From: Zootoca vivipara
Lineage: Eukaryota
Length of the DNA stretch: 64,000 nucleotides
Reading direction: 5' to 3'
Assembly (NCBI RefSeq): GCF_963506605.1
Contig: NC_083277.1
Coordinates: 92,132,001-92,196,000, forward strand
This document shows positions 22,372 to 35,599 of the stretch, piece by piece. The position numbers and the translations under genes are program-made. Position 1 is the first letter of the stretch. Every line of letters starts with the position of its first letter. The notes beneath the pieces were generated by a model. The model saw only the letters and a program-made list of their open reading frames with translations, was not told where the DNA came from and did not search any database.

Positions 22372-22924
22372 TGTGGAAGGAATAATAAGGATCAGTTAAT
22401 CCAAAATCCTTACACTCTCAGGGAGGCACCCATTCCATCTCCTTGCAGTCCCCTCCCCCCCAAAGCCTCTCTTGCAGTTTGTGAAACCCTCTGTCTGATT
22501 TTTCTCTTTGCAACTGCTAGTCTAACAAGTCCTCACTCCCTTCTTCTGTGTGGAGAGGTACAGAAGCTCCAGGCCTTTTATGAAGGTTCCCTGACAACCA
22601 GGAGAGGCTTTTCAGGAGGTATCATTGAGGAGGAGGGATGGTGAAATATATATTGCATGAACCTTGCATTGGAAACCCCCCTTTCCATCCAATGACTGCA
22701 AGATGGTTTGGCATCCTGACCGTGCTGTTGTTACGATCGATCGTTCCATCCTTCTCCCAGATGACTGTAGTATAAATAGAGGACCAATAGATGGGTTTCA
22801 GTAACTTTTTGTTAGCATGCAGATAGACTTGCTGTAGGACACTAGTGTTCCTCAGTACTATATGATAGTAAAGGAGCGCAAACAGTGGTGCAGCTAGACT
22901 GAATGGTCTTATAGTTCCTTCCCA
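22372..22924 (+). mobile_element. Possible solo LTR
   Basis: TG...CA ends with imperfect inverted termini (tgtggaaggaa/ttccttccca); CCAAT ~22689, TATAAATA ~22770, AGTAAA ~22867; no TSD found. Confidence 0.35.
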
Positions 22925-23243
22925 CCTTTAGGTGGTAATGTATATTACGCTGAGCTTCTCTCATCCATCCCCACCATCTCCCCAGAAAAACATGTGTGGT
23001 GCAACCTGAGCCTTTGCATATTTGCTCAGAATTAAATCCCTTTGTGTTCAATGAGCTTATTCCAAAGTAAGTGTGTGAATAAGCTTACACCCAATCTTTC
23101 ACCCTGAGCTTTCACAGACAGAAAGATAAGGGAGAGGACAGTTTAGAGAGAAACAAAAAATGGGCAAAGCCAGGAAGGTGAAAGTTTTTCTCCCTACCCA
23201 CCACTTACCATTCCATGCTTTACACACTGCTGTATCCCTGCTA

Positions 23244-23247
<4 letters not shown>

Positions 23248-23300
<53 letters not shown>
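23248..23300. repeat. (AG)n microsatellite
   Basis: Direct read. Confidence 0.95.
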
Positions 23301-23302
<2 letters not shown>

Positions 23303-23711
23303 CCAACTGTTTGCCTAGACAAGGCTGCCAGATATAACAAAAAAGACTCTAAACATGTTCAGAGTTTCATGTTGTAAGCTCTTTTAATTCATTATGGCAG
23401 CATCATAACTACAGGACAGGAACGTGCTTTGCTTCTTTGGTTCCGATACTGAAAACCCTCAGTCTGGACCACCTTCCAACTCCGCCCCACCCCTGCTGAG
23501 GTCATTTGTACAACTTCACTGAAAATTGCCAGACTAGAGTTAATGGAGAGTTCAGGGACACCGTAGGTGGTGGTCTTGGGAATTGAGAAAAGACAGACAA
23601 CATCCAGTATTAGTAACCTCCCATTCAGCTGCTCATGCTGCTACTGCCACCTCCTCACATGGGGTGCAGCTGAAGTGGTATGAGACAGAATGCCTCTTCT
23701 TACTTGTATTA

Positions 23712-23860
23712 TAAATAAATAAATAAATTATTATTTATACCCCGCCATCTGGCTGGGTTTCCCCAGCCACTCTGGGCGGCTTCCAACCGAATATTAAAAA
23801 CAGTACAGCATCAAACATCAAAAACTTCCCTAAACAGGGCCGCCTTCAGTTGTCTTCAGA
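23712..23860 (-). mobile_element. L2-clade LINE 3' end fragment
   Basis: tttataccccgccatctggctgggtttccccagccactctgggcggc shared with 38830-38862 and 44690-44850. Confidence 0.75.
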
Positions 23861-24012
23861 TAATTTTTTTAAAAAAATTGTTATTGTGACGTGTGTGGCT
23901 GGGCTGCAGTGAAGCTTTTAGGTAATAGGTTTCATTCTCCTCGCTTTGGGTGGCAACCATATTTCTTACCTAAACTGATGGTGTTCATCTCTTGTTTTTC
24001 TTTCTATGCAAG

Positions 24013-24183
24013 TTTGTAAGCTTTGAGCTTCTGACGAAGTTGGTGCACCAGGGCACATCTTATGATGCCAGAGGCTTCACCGTGCACTTTCTCTGCGGTG
24101 GACTGTCTGCTTGTGCTGCCACCGTGGCAGTTCAGCCCCTGGACACACTGCGTACCCGCTTGGCTGCCCAAGGTGAGCCAAAG
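24013..24183 (+). CDS. SLC25A19: SLC25A19 coding exon 3, 171 nt
   Basis: [10 protein letters not shown]...[17 protein letters not shown]; aag/gtaaga. Confidence 0.96.
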
Positions 24184-24482
24184 GTAAGAGATGGGTGAGA
24201 AGCTTTCCCCCTGCCAAGTCTGTCTCTTCTGCTGTGTGCAATGCATCCTTTCCCAGTTGGTTCTGCTCCCACCAATTTAGGTGATGGTCATTCGGTGATC
24301 TTGGAAGCACATGGCGGTTTCTTTCTTTAATTACAGGATCGAGAATGAGCAGCCACAGGCCATAGGCCCTTGGGCTCCCTTCCACTCCTTTCCCCATGCA
24401 CAAGAGGAGATGAGAAGCTTCTGCATTTGTATTTTGTTTGAATGTAGCAAACTATGGTATGCAGAAACCATTAGGAAGAATA

Positions 24483-24724
24483 CAGTGGTACCTTGGTTTA
24501 CAACCATAATCCATTCCGGAGGTCTGTTTGTAAACCAAAACAGGTTGTAACCCAAGGCATGTTTTCGCCAATGGGGCCTCCAAAAAATTTTTGTTCGGAA
24601 TCCAAAAAAAATGGGTTGTAATCCAAAAAAAAGGTTGCAAACCGAGATATGCACTTCCGGGTTTGATGTGTTTGTAATCCAAAATGTATGCAAACCAAGA
24701 CATATGCAAATCAAGGTACCACTG
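24483..24724. mobile_element. Tigger-like MITE
   Basis: TIR cagtggtaccttg/caaggtaccactg; TA TSD. Confidence 0.9.
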
Positions 24725-25547
24725 TATAGCCAACTTACCAAGTGGTAAAGATTTTCTACCACACAGTTCCTTAGTCATAGATATTAATGAAAACATGGTG
24801 TGAATTTTTTTTCTGCCCCACATGCTTGTATATAGTAAAGGTTGGGGGCTTTATCAAATGGCAAGATTTGCCAATTGTGGAGTTAGTAATTGATGCTTTC
24901 CCTACCCCAACACAAATCTAAATTTTGGGCCCAGGGATCTTCCCTTCTGTCTCCAGAAAAATGATGATTCTGAATTCAGAACAATCGGTATTTTGCAGAA
25001 ATATGCTCAATTAGCATGGCACGCCTTCATGCAGCGCATGGTTAATAAAACTTGCTCACACAGGAGGCCATGTGGGCCACCAATTAGGTTGGCTTTAAAA
25101 GAATGCCGGTTGCCAGAAACTGCAGCGGAGGAGAGTGTCCTTGTGCTTGGACTCTCCCTGTGGGCTTCCCAAAGGTATGTGGTTGACGATGGTGAAAACA
25201 GGATTTTTGGTCTAGATGGGCCATAGGTCTGATTGGGCAGGTTTGTCTTATGATAAATAATTCTGTCTTACCCTTTATAGAGTTTAGGTCTTAAAGGAGC
25301 AAGGTTTAGTATGCCGCTTGCAAGATCATGGCAAGTGGGTAAGGTAGGAAAATTTGACTGGACATTTTAAGGTGGAATTTGATTGGTATGTAAAGTATGT
25401 GCAGAAGCTCCACTCCATAAACTCTGGAGCTTTTTGTGAGCAGTACTGAAGCTTGACTTACACACTGATGCATATAGAGCAACAAATATCATAGGCCTCT
25501 GTTAATGGGTCACACAAAGTAACATACTCACCCATGAACTGTTCTAG

Positions 25548-25731
25548 ATTTACAGGAACCTCCGCCATGCTGTAGCATGTGTGTACCAGCAAGAAGGGCT
25601 GTTGAGTTTTTATAAGGGGCTCAACCCTACCCTCATTGCCATTGTCCCCTATGCTGGCTTCCAGTTTTCCTTCTATAGTCTCCTGAAGAAACTGTATGAC
25701 TGGATCGTTCCAAGTGAAGAAATGAAAACAG
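25548..25731 (+). CDS. SLC25A19: SLC25A19 coding exon 4, 184 nt
   Basis: IYRNLRHAV...[23 protein letters not shown]; tag/gttagt. Confidence 0.96.
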
Positions 25732-26192
25732 GTTAGTCTTGGGGGTTGGAAAAGTGTTGGTAGGAATTGTCTGTGCTGCTGTGTAACACCCCCACCCACC
25801 CCAGTTTTTTATTTTAAATAACTTTTTATTAGGGTTTATAAACAAGGATCATATAAATAATACATGTTACAAATAAATAGACCAAGTCTTCTACTGTCAT
25901 TTGCCTATCAGAAAAATAGCACACTAACTTTACAGTAATATCTACAACATCTGGTTGCTTGTTAGTGGTCAATGCTTTGGTTCGTGAATACCACTCCAGT
26001 TGATACAGTCTGTCACTAAGTTGTACATAGTTGTGCTTAGAAAGTTGCTCCATTTTGTTGTAAATCACTGCTTAGTAAAAGTGCTCTATGGATAACTAAT
26101 CATAATATCACTGAAGCCGTTAACTAATTCCTGTCTTAAGCTACTGAGCAGTTCTGAAACACATCCCTCAACTCCAGACTTCTCTTTTTCAG

Positions 26193-26323
26193 GTAATATT
26201 AAAAACTTCGTCTGTGGCAGCTGTGCTGGCGCCCTCAGCAAAACCCTCACTTACCCTTTTGACCTGTTCAAGAAAAGACTGCAGGTATCTGGCTTTGAGC
26301 AAGCCCGGGCAGCATTTGGGCAG
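26193..26323 (+). CDS. SLC25A19: SLC25A19 coding exon 5, 131 nt
   Basis: [12 protein letters not shown]...[24 protein letters not shown]; cag/gtgaga. Confidence 0.97.
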
Positions 26324-27283
26324 GTGAGAGACGTTTCAAATTGCATGGATCTTTCTGCCTCCCTTTTTTGTGTGTACCTAACGTAGCCCACAATTTATGT
26401 AAACCAGGCGGATAAATTGAAAGTAAAATCTGAAACAACCTAGTCTTAAACTGTAAAAGGATCACTTTATAACAGCATTGTGTGACGTAAGGGCAGTGTG
26501 GCACTAAAATTAAGAATCCCACTGGTTATTTGGAGCTGTGTGATGGAGAAACAAAACGGGATCATTGGAGATGCTACTGGAAAACTGGTCTTATCCTCCC
26601 TGACCAGAGAACTATTTGATCAATTACATAATCAGTATATTTGTTACTTTTAAAATACTAATGTGCACACATTGAATTGATCCTGGAAACAAACTGGCAA
26701 CCAGTGCAGCTGTTTTAAAATGGGTTGTATGTGATCTAAAGGGAATCTGATCTAAATGCTGTATTTTGGACCAATTGTAGTTCCTGAGCTGTTTTCAAGG
26801 GCAGCCCAGCACAGAGTACATTACAGTAAACCACTCTGGAAGTTACCAGGCCAGGGAGAACCTTCCACGGCAGGCCTTTTCTCCACCTCCAGAACATGAT
26901 AACTCAGGACACATACCGGTAGTAATCTTTTCAGGATTCAGCCTCATTTTTTTGGCCCACATCCAGCCCATCTTCCTTCAAGCACAGGCTTAGCAGCTCA
27001 TCAAGCCTCTCTTGATTCAGATGGAGCAGAGAGATAGAGCTTCGCGTCATTTTCATATCATTGATAACTTTACTCCAGATCTCTTTGTAGCCGCTTCCAG
27101 AAACTTCACATATTCCGTTCACAATCAGGTTTGACAGCCTAATCCGTTAGCTGATGGTTTCTGCAATCCACTGTTTCCAATGTTAGTACAAAACAGGAAG
27201 CTGTGTTCTGCCACAAACTGCACAAGGTTTCTTAACAGTGGCTGCATTTGTGCCATCCCTCACTCCATTCTCTTTCCCCCCAG

Positions 27284-27484
27284 GTGCGGACATACAGTGG
27301 CTTAGTGGACTGTGCCCAACAGATTGCACGGGATGAAGGAGCCAAAGGATTCTTCAAGGGCCTCTCCCCAAGCTTGCTGAAGGCTGCCTTTGCAACGGGC
27401 TTCACCTTTTTCTGGTATGAGATCTTCTGCGGTTTCCTGCGCACCGTGAAGTACCCCAATGGCCCCAAAAAGCAGGAAGGCTGA
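27284..27484 (+). CDS. SLC25A19: SLC25A19 last coding exon, 201 nt (total CDS 975 nt, 324 aa)
   Basis: [11 protein letters not shown]...[13 protein letters not shown]...TGA. Confidence 0.96.
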   Translation: MRTYSGLVDCAQQIARDEGAKGFFKGLSPSLLKAAFATGFTFFWYEIFCGFLRTVKYPNGPKKQEG

Positions 27485-29481
27485 TATGAGAGAGCTCCTG
27501 TCTGTGGAAACTGAAACATTAATCTGTCAGCCACACTGTCATATGTGGGGAGCGGGTGGGGGTGTGGAATGTGGATTGTGGGAGGTGTTTGCAGAGTGGC
27601 AATGTTTGTCTCTTTGCCAAAGCCCAGAAAGCACCTTACTACTATGTTTGGCCCAAATGAAAGGAGATTGCCGTCTGCAGCTTCTATCAAGGACATCGCG
27701 GGCCTGTCTTTTCTCCCTGGAGCACTTCCTGTCATGCCTCTCATGAGCACTTCTTGTCTTGCCTTCTATGGAACAGGCATTAACACCGGGAGGAAGTTAA
27801 CAGATATTGCTATTGAGGCCCTCCCATCTTAGCTAAGTTCAATGGAGAATGTTCTTTACCCACTGGCAAACCTCTCTCTGCTTCCCCCCCCCCATCTTCT
27901 CATGACTCGGGCTGCTCTAACCGCTTTGAATCAAACCCTGACTTGACCTGCTCACATCCCCCTTAACTCTCCCGGGACACAGTTGCCAGCCCGGCTTCTC
28001 CAACCTTGACATTTTGTGGTATTTACCTCAAACCGAAGCCATGGTAAGCCTTGCTTACAGGCATTTGCTTCATGGCGCAGCTGCCTGTTAGACAGCTGGC
28101 TGCACTGGTGGTTCAGAATAGGCAGCAGAACTGCCGGGGTGTGTGTGTGTGTGCTGCTGCTCCATTAGGACCAATGAGACTCTGCTCCACAAACTTCAGC
28201 TTACCCTCAGTGGCACTGCCTGTCAGCTTCCTCCTCTTTGTAGGGAGGATAGTGGGGAATTAACTAGAACTAGCTGGCTCTTCCTCTCATTGGTTCTGGC
28301 TCCACCTGCTGGTCTGTCAGTCCCAATGGGCACCAGCCCACACTGAAATGTGCCGCAGCTTATCATCAGTCCTTGTTTGTCCTTGCCTCTGTGGGTGGAC
28401 TTAGAGGGCATTATAGTGTTTTATCAACGATGGAACAAATTCTAAGATAAATAAAAAGGCAGTGGGGTCCAAACAAAGGGAGGCCTGCAGAAGAATGGGT
28501 AAGCATCCGCTCCCTTCCTGTCTTCTGTGCCAGTTCTATTGGTGCTTGTGTGTCCCATATAAGCACATTTTTATCACCTGCCCAAAATTGCTAATGTGGC
28601 CAGTATAATTTTGCAATAGGCCCACAAAGAAGGTGCCAACATTTTCCTTTTTTATAGTCTTGACTTCTGCACTCCTACCTTAATGCACACGGACTGAACT
28701 GAAAACTGGGGGGAGTTGCCTTCTGAACGTAGCCCAAGTCTTTTAGTTTTGAATACTAATGAAGAAAATGCCTCGTGATACTGATACTTAATCAATATTT
28801 TGATAACTGCTCCAAAATAAGTTTATCCCCTGGCAGATCATCTCAGGCACAGGTTTTCAGCACAAGTGAAATAGCTACTTATCTGCAATAAACTGACTCC
28901 AGTATAATATTTAGCAAACAAAGAGCTAAACTAAACTGTACCATTTGTCCAACTGAATTTGCCCAGTCTTCTAAATGAAGAAACCTGCAAGGAAAACCAG
29001 TCTGCAAACATGTCTGTGCAATGCTATACATGCAAACTTGGAAGTAGGTCCCTCTAAGTTTAATTAGATTTAAATGTGTTTAGGATTGCAGCCTTCAGGT
29101 ATGTCCATTGTATTGGTGTGCTGAAGATTGGATTATTCTTATACCGAGTTCTTAAAGGAAAGACTCCACTTGCTCATCCATCTGTAGTTTTATTGGTCTG
29201 CTCGCAGTTGTGCTGTACTCTTCATTAAATATAGAGTAGCATTTTGGCATATAGAGTAGTTTTAAAGATCTGTTCTAACAAACTGGGTGTACTCGTGCCA
29301 ATTCATTTTGCTTGCTGGAGAAGAAGGCAGTTTTCCTAATTTCAGTGTGGTAATAAGCTGGAAAAAAATAGGCACCTTTCTGTAACAAGACACAGTATCA
29401 GATGGCTAACCTGTACGTCACAACTCTCATCGCCCCTAGTTATCAGCTCTGCCGGCTGGTAAAGTGGAACATGCACTACAG

Positions 29482-29894
29482 CAGGGGTCCCCAGACTTAC
29501 CGAGCGGCGGGCCGGTGCCCGCCGCGCCGACCGCGCGGTGGGCCGGACTGCAGGGGAGTGCGCGCGCAGCGGGCCGGAGGGCGGGGGAGTGCGCGCCCGT
29601 GCGCATGCGCACACGCACACGGGCGGAAAAAAATCGGCGAAAATCGCTTGTGCGCATGCGTATGGGCCTCCCCCGACCCGGAAGTGCACCAGAAATGACC
29701 TCTTCCGGGTCGGGAGAGGCCCGTACGCATGCGCACAAAGGATTTTCGGCAATTTTTTGCCGATTTTTCAGATCGCCGCTGCGCCGCGCGCCGTGAGAGC
29801 GGGCGGCGGCAGCGGGCGGCGGGGGTCGTCGCGGGCCGGATTGGAAGGCCGATTGGGCCGCATCCGGCCCGGGGGCCGTAGTTTGGGGACCCTG
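29482..29894. mobile_element. 413-bp CpG-rich hAT (Charlie/Buster-type) MITE with internal palindrome
   Basis: TIR caggggtcccca/tggggaccctg; perfect 8-bp TSD cactacag (29474-29481, 29895-29902). Confidence 0.92.
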
Positions 29895-32800
29895 CACTAC
29901 AGCATGTCTCAGCAGTTTGGGGAACGGAGAGAGAAATGTCTCTGCAGCCTTACAAATCAAGGAGCTGTCTGGGCTGGGATCCAATGAAAACCACCCAGCT
30001 CTTGCATCAGACAGAGTTCCCACCCTATGCTCTCCTCCCACAGTGTGGGCGCCACTGTGTGGGCCACACCCATTCAGCCACACCACTGACTTGGAGAGGA
30101 CAGTGGGTGGAGATGTGCTCATGTTTCCATCTGTTGCTGCACAAGACAGATGTGGGACGTCTCATATTAAACAGATTCGTATACCATCTTCAGAGCTAAG
30201 GGGTTTTATTTCAGAGGCCATGGGATCATTTGTGCTGGATCAGTAAAGCCATAGCCATATCACTCAGGAGCAGAAAAATCATTCTGGTCACTTTCTACTT
30301 TTTTGCCTGTTATTAGAAAGGATTCTTCCTCATACACATTTTGGAACAGTCCGTGCTCCGTTTCCTGTGTATTGCTGGAAGAGAATTTGACTGTACAAAC
30401 CCTTGAGTTACATATACCAAGTGAAGGTGTGAAGGTGCATTTGCAGAGGAGCATCAGAGGCAGACGGTGGGAGATGCCTAACTGGAAATCAGGCAGGCAG
30501 GAAGAGATATGGCCCCATGAAAATGAATTGGTTGTGGGAAACTGAAGCCACCACCAGCACTTACTCACTGGTTGTCACATGCAGTTGCCCCCGCAACCCC
30601 ATATGTTGCCTTATCAACATGAATGCAGCAATGTATAGTTTTGTCCTCAGTGTGGCATTGGATGTAAGTGAAGAAGCCAGCCAAAATTGCAGTTGTTTTT
30701 GCCTTTAGAAGGTAGTATTTCTTGTAATGTTAAGGGGAACTTGCGCGTTCAGATCCACAGGCTCCTGAATATGGCAACAATATGCACATCCCCACTTTCT
30801 GTGCTCAGATTGTGCCTGTCACTCTGCATTAGAGGTTTTCACAACTGACCACAGAGCGCTTTTTCTGTAATATCCAAAGTTACTCTCATTTATAGTTCTG
30901 ATGTGGCAAAAGCAACCCAGTGTGTATCTCTAGGGTTTATGAATAGGATGGTTCTACCTTGACGTAATCCTGCTGCTCATCTTCCAAACCTCTTTTGACT
31001 ATGTAGGCTAATTTTAATCTTGTGCCTTATCCCACCATCATGTCAATATGCACTTTACAAAGCTAAGCCTTGAAGTCCAGTGGTTTACTGAGCGTCATAG
31101 ATAGCATCAGGAGCTCAGCACTCCCTCCCCCTCAAACGGGGGTGGGGGGTGGGGAGGCGTTGAAAGTGGTGACATGAGCACCTGTACTGTTGAGAACTCC
31201 ACTGAAGTATCCAATGCATTCAAGGCCCTATACTGATTTCTAGTAGAGGATATGATATTGAGCTGCAAGTCTAGGATTGATCTCAAGATGCTTGCAGAAA
31301 GCACTTTCTTTGTGTATACAGATGCACAAAAACAAATGTTTCAGGATCAATTATTGAGGACTTTTAGAGGGGTTTTTTCCAACTCATGTTGTTGCATCAA
31401 GGCTTAATTTATTATAGCATTTGTATTATTCATATATAAGCATATATTTTTTTCAATGTGGAGGGCTAAGGATTTGCATAAGCCTCAGATTTTCACCCTG
31501 TGTGAAACATGTGCTGCTCTTGGAAGAAAGATAATAAATATATTTGACATAAATCTGTCCAGCTACTTTTTGTGTGTGACGCCTATCAATCATGGCCTGG
31601 TCTTAAAAATTCTGGTGGAGAAGCACCTTGCAAGCATTTTTTCCCTTCTTCTGCACACAAGCAGTGACCTGGGAAGGACTGGGCCACAGGTGTTCTGAAG
31701 GTGAAACCAGACGTATACACAGAAGGGTCTCTTGCAAGTAGCATAATCAATATGTGCTGTGCTTTGGGAATCTCTTGCTAAATACAGGGGGTGGGATTCA
31801 ACTAATTAGCCCCACTATTGGAAGCCTGTGCAAGGACTTACACTAGTGCTGCAGGGCTCCCCCCGCCCCGAAATTGGCCCTGGCCTGTGGCTGAGACCCC
31901 AGAACAGCATGAGGGGCGAAGAGGAGGGAGGTTGTCATTCTGACTGGCAGACTGAAAAGCTTGTGCTGACAGATTGATTGCCAAAGCACTGCACCAAATT
32001 CCTCCCATAATGTGTATGATATGAAGTTTTTTGGCAGTTCAGAATTAGGATGTAGATTGAACACTGACCAAAAAAACAGCCTGGTCTGCTTCTGGTCTTT
32101 AATAGCAGCTTGATGCAGAAATCAGCAGATGAAACTCTTCACAGCATTGAGACAAATGATCTCACTAAGCTCTGCACATCAGGCTGCTGTTAAAAGCACA
32201 CACAGAAGCAGGGAATGGTTGGAAAGTTGGCACCTCCAAACAGAGATGAAAACAATAGCACTAGCTGGCTGTTAATTACGGTAGCTGGATTCCAGTGGAA
32301 ATGGAACATAGCCTGTATATCATGTGCCAATATTTGATTCACTTCAAAGTTCACAGCTGAATTCACAAGAGGGTGCTGTTGTCACACAAGAAGGAGCAGC
32401 ACTATGCTCATTTTGTCTTGCAAAGCTGTGGTATCTTAATTAGATCAGCATAAGCTGGGTTAGTCCAAGAGGCATGAAGGACTGTTAAAACAACAGATGG
32501 CTGACCTAATTGGTGCAGACAATACTACTGGGTGATTTATCCCACGCATCAAAAAGTAGGCCTAAGTACTGTCCAGGAAGGCAGGATTAATGCTGTTTTC
32601 ATGTCAAGTGTTTTGCTCCTGGGAAGGGTGTCAATGGAATTAAGCTGGGAGTGTTCTAAACAGAATGCTGTCTATTAGAGGTAAGGTGACTAATGCATTG
32701 GATGGATGTGGCTAAGGGATGGAGGACCCTGCCTTCTTTGGCAATGTACACCCCAAGGAATCAAAGTAAGTACCTGCTGCTGAAGTTAAGGTTGGGGTAA

Positions 32801-33464
32801 AATGCTGCTGTTTCACAAAGGTAAGTGTGAGCATACCCTCTTTCAACTGTTTTATCCATTTTGAGCAGGGATGGGGAATATTCCCAATGTTATTGGGTTC
32901 TAACTCCTATAATCCCAGCCAGCATGACCGATAATTGGGGAGTTGTTAGTCTAACAGCATGGGAGGATCGAGCACCACAGATTCTCCACCCCCGATTCTA
33001 AGCATAAGAAGCTTCCTTGTGTTGGGTCACAGTATTAGTCTATGTGGCCTAGGAGTGGCAGGGATCATTTCCATACCCTAGCTGTAACCTGCTGCACATG
33101 CTGTTCCACTGTGCTACTGCTATATCCACCCTACCCTTCTCCAGTATTTCCATCATTGTCTCTGGATATAGGAAATTTGATGTCCAGTTACAAGGGGCCT
33201 TATCTTGTGTATGCATTACTGCTTACTCTTGTGTGCTCCCACCATAGGTGTTCGAAACCGAGTACACATTACGTTACACACAATCCGTAGGTATTCTGTA
33301 GTTTCCTGAGAAATAATCCTCTTTCATGCGCTTTCCCTCAAAGCAGCTTCCATCATATTTGAAAATGGAAGGCATGGTTAAGCTGAGGTGTGTACCTTTG
33401 GGACAGCAGTTGCACATGCACAGATGACAGAATAGGAGTTCGGTGCAGGGAAACAATCAGACCA

Positions 33465-33665
33465 GGACCTGGGGGAGATCATGGTTCAAATCTCTACTCA
33501 TTCATAAAGTTCACTGGGTAACTGTGGGTCAGTCACAGCCTCTCAGCCTAACCTATCTCACAGGGTTGTTGTGGGGATTAAATGGAGGGGGGGAGAACCA
33601 TGTACACCACCTTATGCTCCTTGGAGAAAAGGTAGGATATGAATTCAATAAATGAATAAATAATG
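33465..33665 (+). mobile_element. Squam3-type tRNA-derived SINE (degenerate, 5'-truncated)
   Basis: B-box-like ggttcaaatc; body cctaacctatctcacagggttgttgtgggga shared with 39961-40130, 56280-56430 and 58390-58510. Confidence 0.65.
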
Positions 33666-34014
33666 CTCACTGATAGATTGTCATACCTACATTAGCTCAG
33701 CTGTGATTCCTGCATCGCAGTGGAGTAGATCGGATGACTCTTCAGGTCCCAACTCTAAAATTCTATGATTAACTATGTGATCAGCGAAATATGCCCAGTA
33801 ACACCACACTTTTGGAATTGATCTGTCAATATTGCTTTGCGCCCTGGATGCAGAGGGAATAGGACTGCACTCGCTGGTCCTGTACCCCATGCTAATGTTC
33901 CCAGCAGTCATCCCTCTTTAGCAGTCGCACAAGCATCATTCATATGAACGGGCCTTGTGCTTGCACTGCTGTAGATACACATCTATAGTGGGTCTCCTGA
34001 GCAATCCTATAACC

Positions 34015-34779
34015 CAGAGGTTTCCAACCTTTTTGAGTCCACGGCTCCCTTGACCAACTACATTCTTTCTGAGGCACCCCTGTGGGGCTCAAGAGCCCAG
34101 TTATGCCTCCCCTTGCGGGCAGAGCCGGCAGCCCCTCACCCCTTTTCAAACACCCTCCCTCGCAGAGTCTTCCTTCAGCCTCCTCTCCTCTCCCCTCTCC
34201 TTGGGAGTCCTCTTGGCAGCCGCCCCTGGTCTCTGAGCTACCCCACCCCAGTGAGAGGTTCCTCCTTATGCCGCCCCGAGGGGTCTGAGAAGAGGATGCC
34301 CAACAGAGACTGGCTGAAGGTGGTGAACATGAGGCCACCATCTTACCTGCCTTGGAAGGCAACAGGCACCATTGGGCCTGCATGGCAGAAAGGCTCCCCT
34401 TCGGAGCACTTGGCTCCCAGTCAGGGCTTGCACACAGCAAGCACAAGAAAGGCCTGCCTGCCTGGCCTCCCACTTGTCTGTCCATTCCCAACAGCAAGGG
34501 CTGGCAAACTGGGTGGCTGGGCTGCCTCACCCACTTGCTTGCTTGCTCTGAGGCCGCCTCAGTTCCTGGTAACCAGCACCCCCTGGCCAGCCCCAGAGGC
34601 ACCATTCGCCTGGGGAGCTTGTAGCCAGGGCTGCTGCAACAAACAGCTGTGCAAGCCTTTGGGAGGCAGAGACACGAGAGGGTATCAGAGGAGGGAGGGA
34701 AGGAAAGAGGGACAGAGGCCAGTGTTGCCCTGTGGCCCTCCTGACCATCATTCAACAGCACACTGCTCGAAAACCACTG
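34015..34779. mobile_element. Older non-autonomous hAT element
   Basis: Ends cagaggtttccaac / gaaaaccactg; degenerate TSD ctataacc/ctttaact. Confidence 0.6.
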
Positions 34780-35599
34780 CTTTAACTTTTCTAGTTAAAT
34801 CCTAATGCTTGACTATTGGGGGTGTGGCCATTAGGCCCACTTGCATTTTGGGGTGTGCCTGCCTAGCAGCTGCAACCTTCCCCAAGTTATTAGGATATTT
34901 TCTATATCCAGACAAGATCTGCTTCCTTGCATTTCTGCTCATCCATTCAAGTCCTGGCAGAAAGCCTGTATAAAGCCTAGACTGGAGCACCTATAATTAA
35001 GCAGAACCGACCATAGGCAAACATCTCTGTGTAAAAGGAGCCCCTTCCCCCCAATGGAATGCTGCTGCTGGAAATCGTTGCTTTGTTATCATTGTTATTT
35101 ATTTAACTTGTATACCACCCTTCATCCGTAGATCTCAGGGCGGTTCACAGCATAAAAATACAAGTTAAAAACACAAAATGCATAACAAGCTCCTCACTTC
35201 CAAAAGGCGGGAACAATAGAGTAGGGCCTGAGGAGGGCTCCAATATTCAGGCATTCACAAGGGAGCTGCTTAAAACCAAATAGGAGTGCGCCTTTAATAG
35301 TGTGTGTGTGTGTGTGTGTGATCAGTGACAGTGTCAGACCGATGTGTGGCTCGTCTCGTGAGGTGCAATAGGCAATTGGCTCTGCCCTCTCTGAGCCACC
35401 ATTTCACTTCTGTGTCTGGCTCTGTCCCTCCCACCTGCTTTGCACCTCCTTGGCTGGCTTCTCAGGTTCCATGTGAAACGACAAATACAACACTGCATGT
35501 AAACGAACTGTGAAACTGAAAGTTGAAAGGACACGTGCTTCCCCCTGTTTTTTTTTGTTAACAAGGAAAATCTTTATTTAAAAAAAACACACCTCACCA

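Noticed and set aside
29342-30122. Several 100-228 aa ORFs and an apparent gene CpG island
   Set aside because: The GC-rich part is bounded exactly by TIRs and an 8-bp TSD, so it is a transposon, not a gene
33940-34805. 273-aa and 251-aa ORFs on opposite strands
   Set aside because: Coincide with a GC-rich non-autonomous hAT element; no transposase or other motifs
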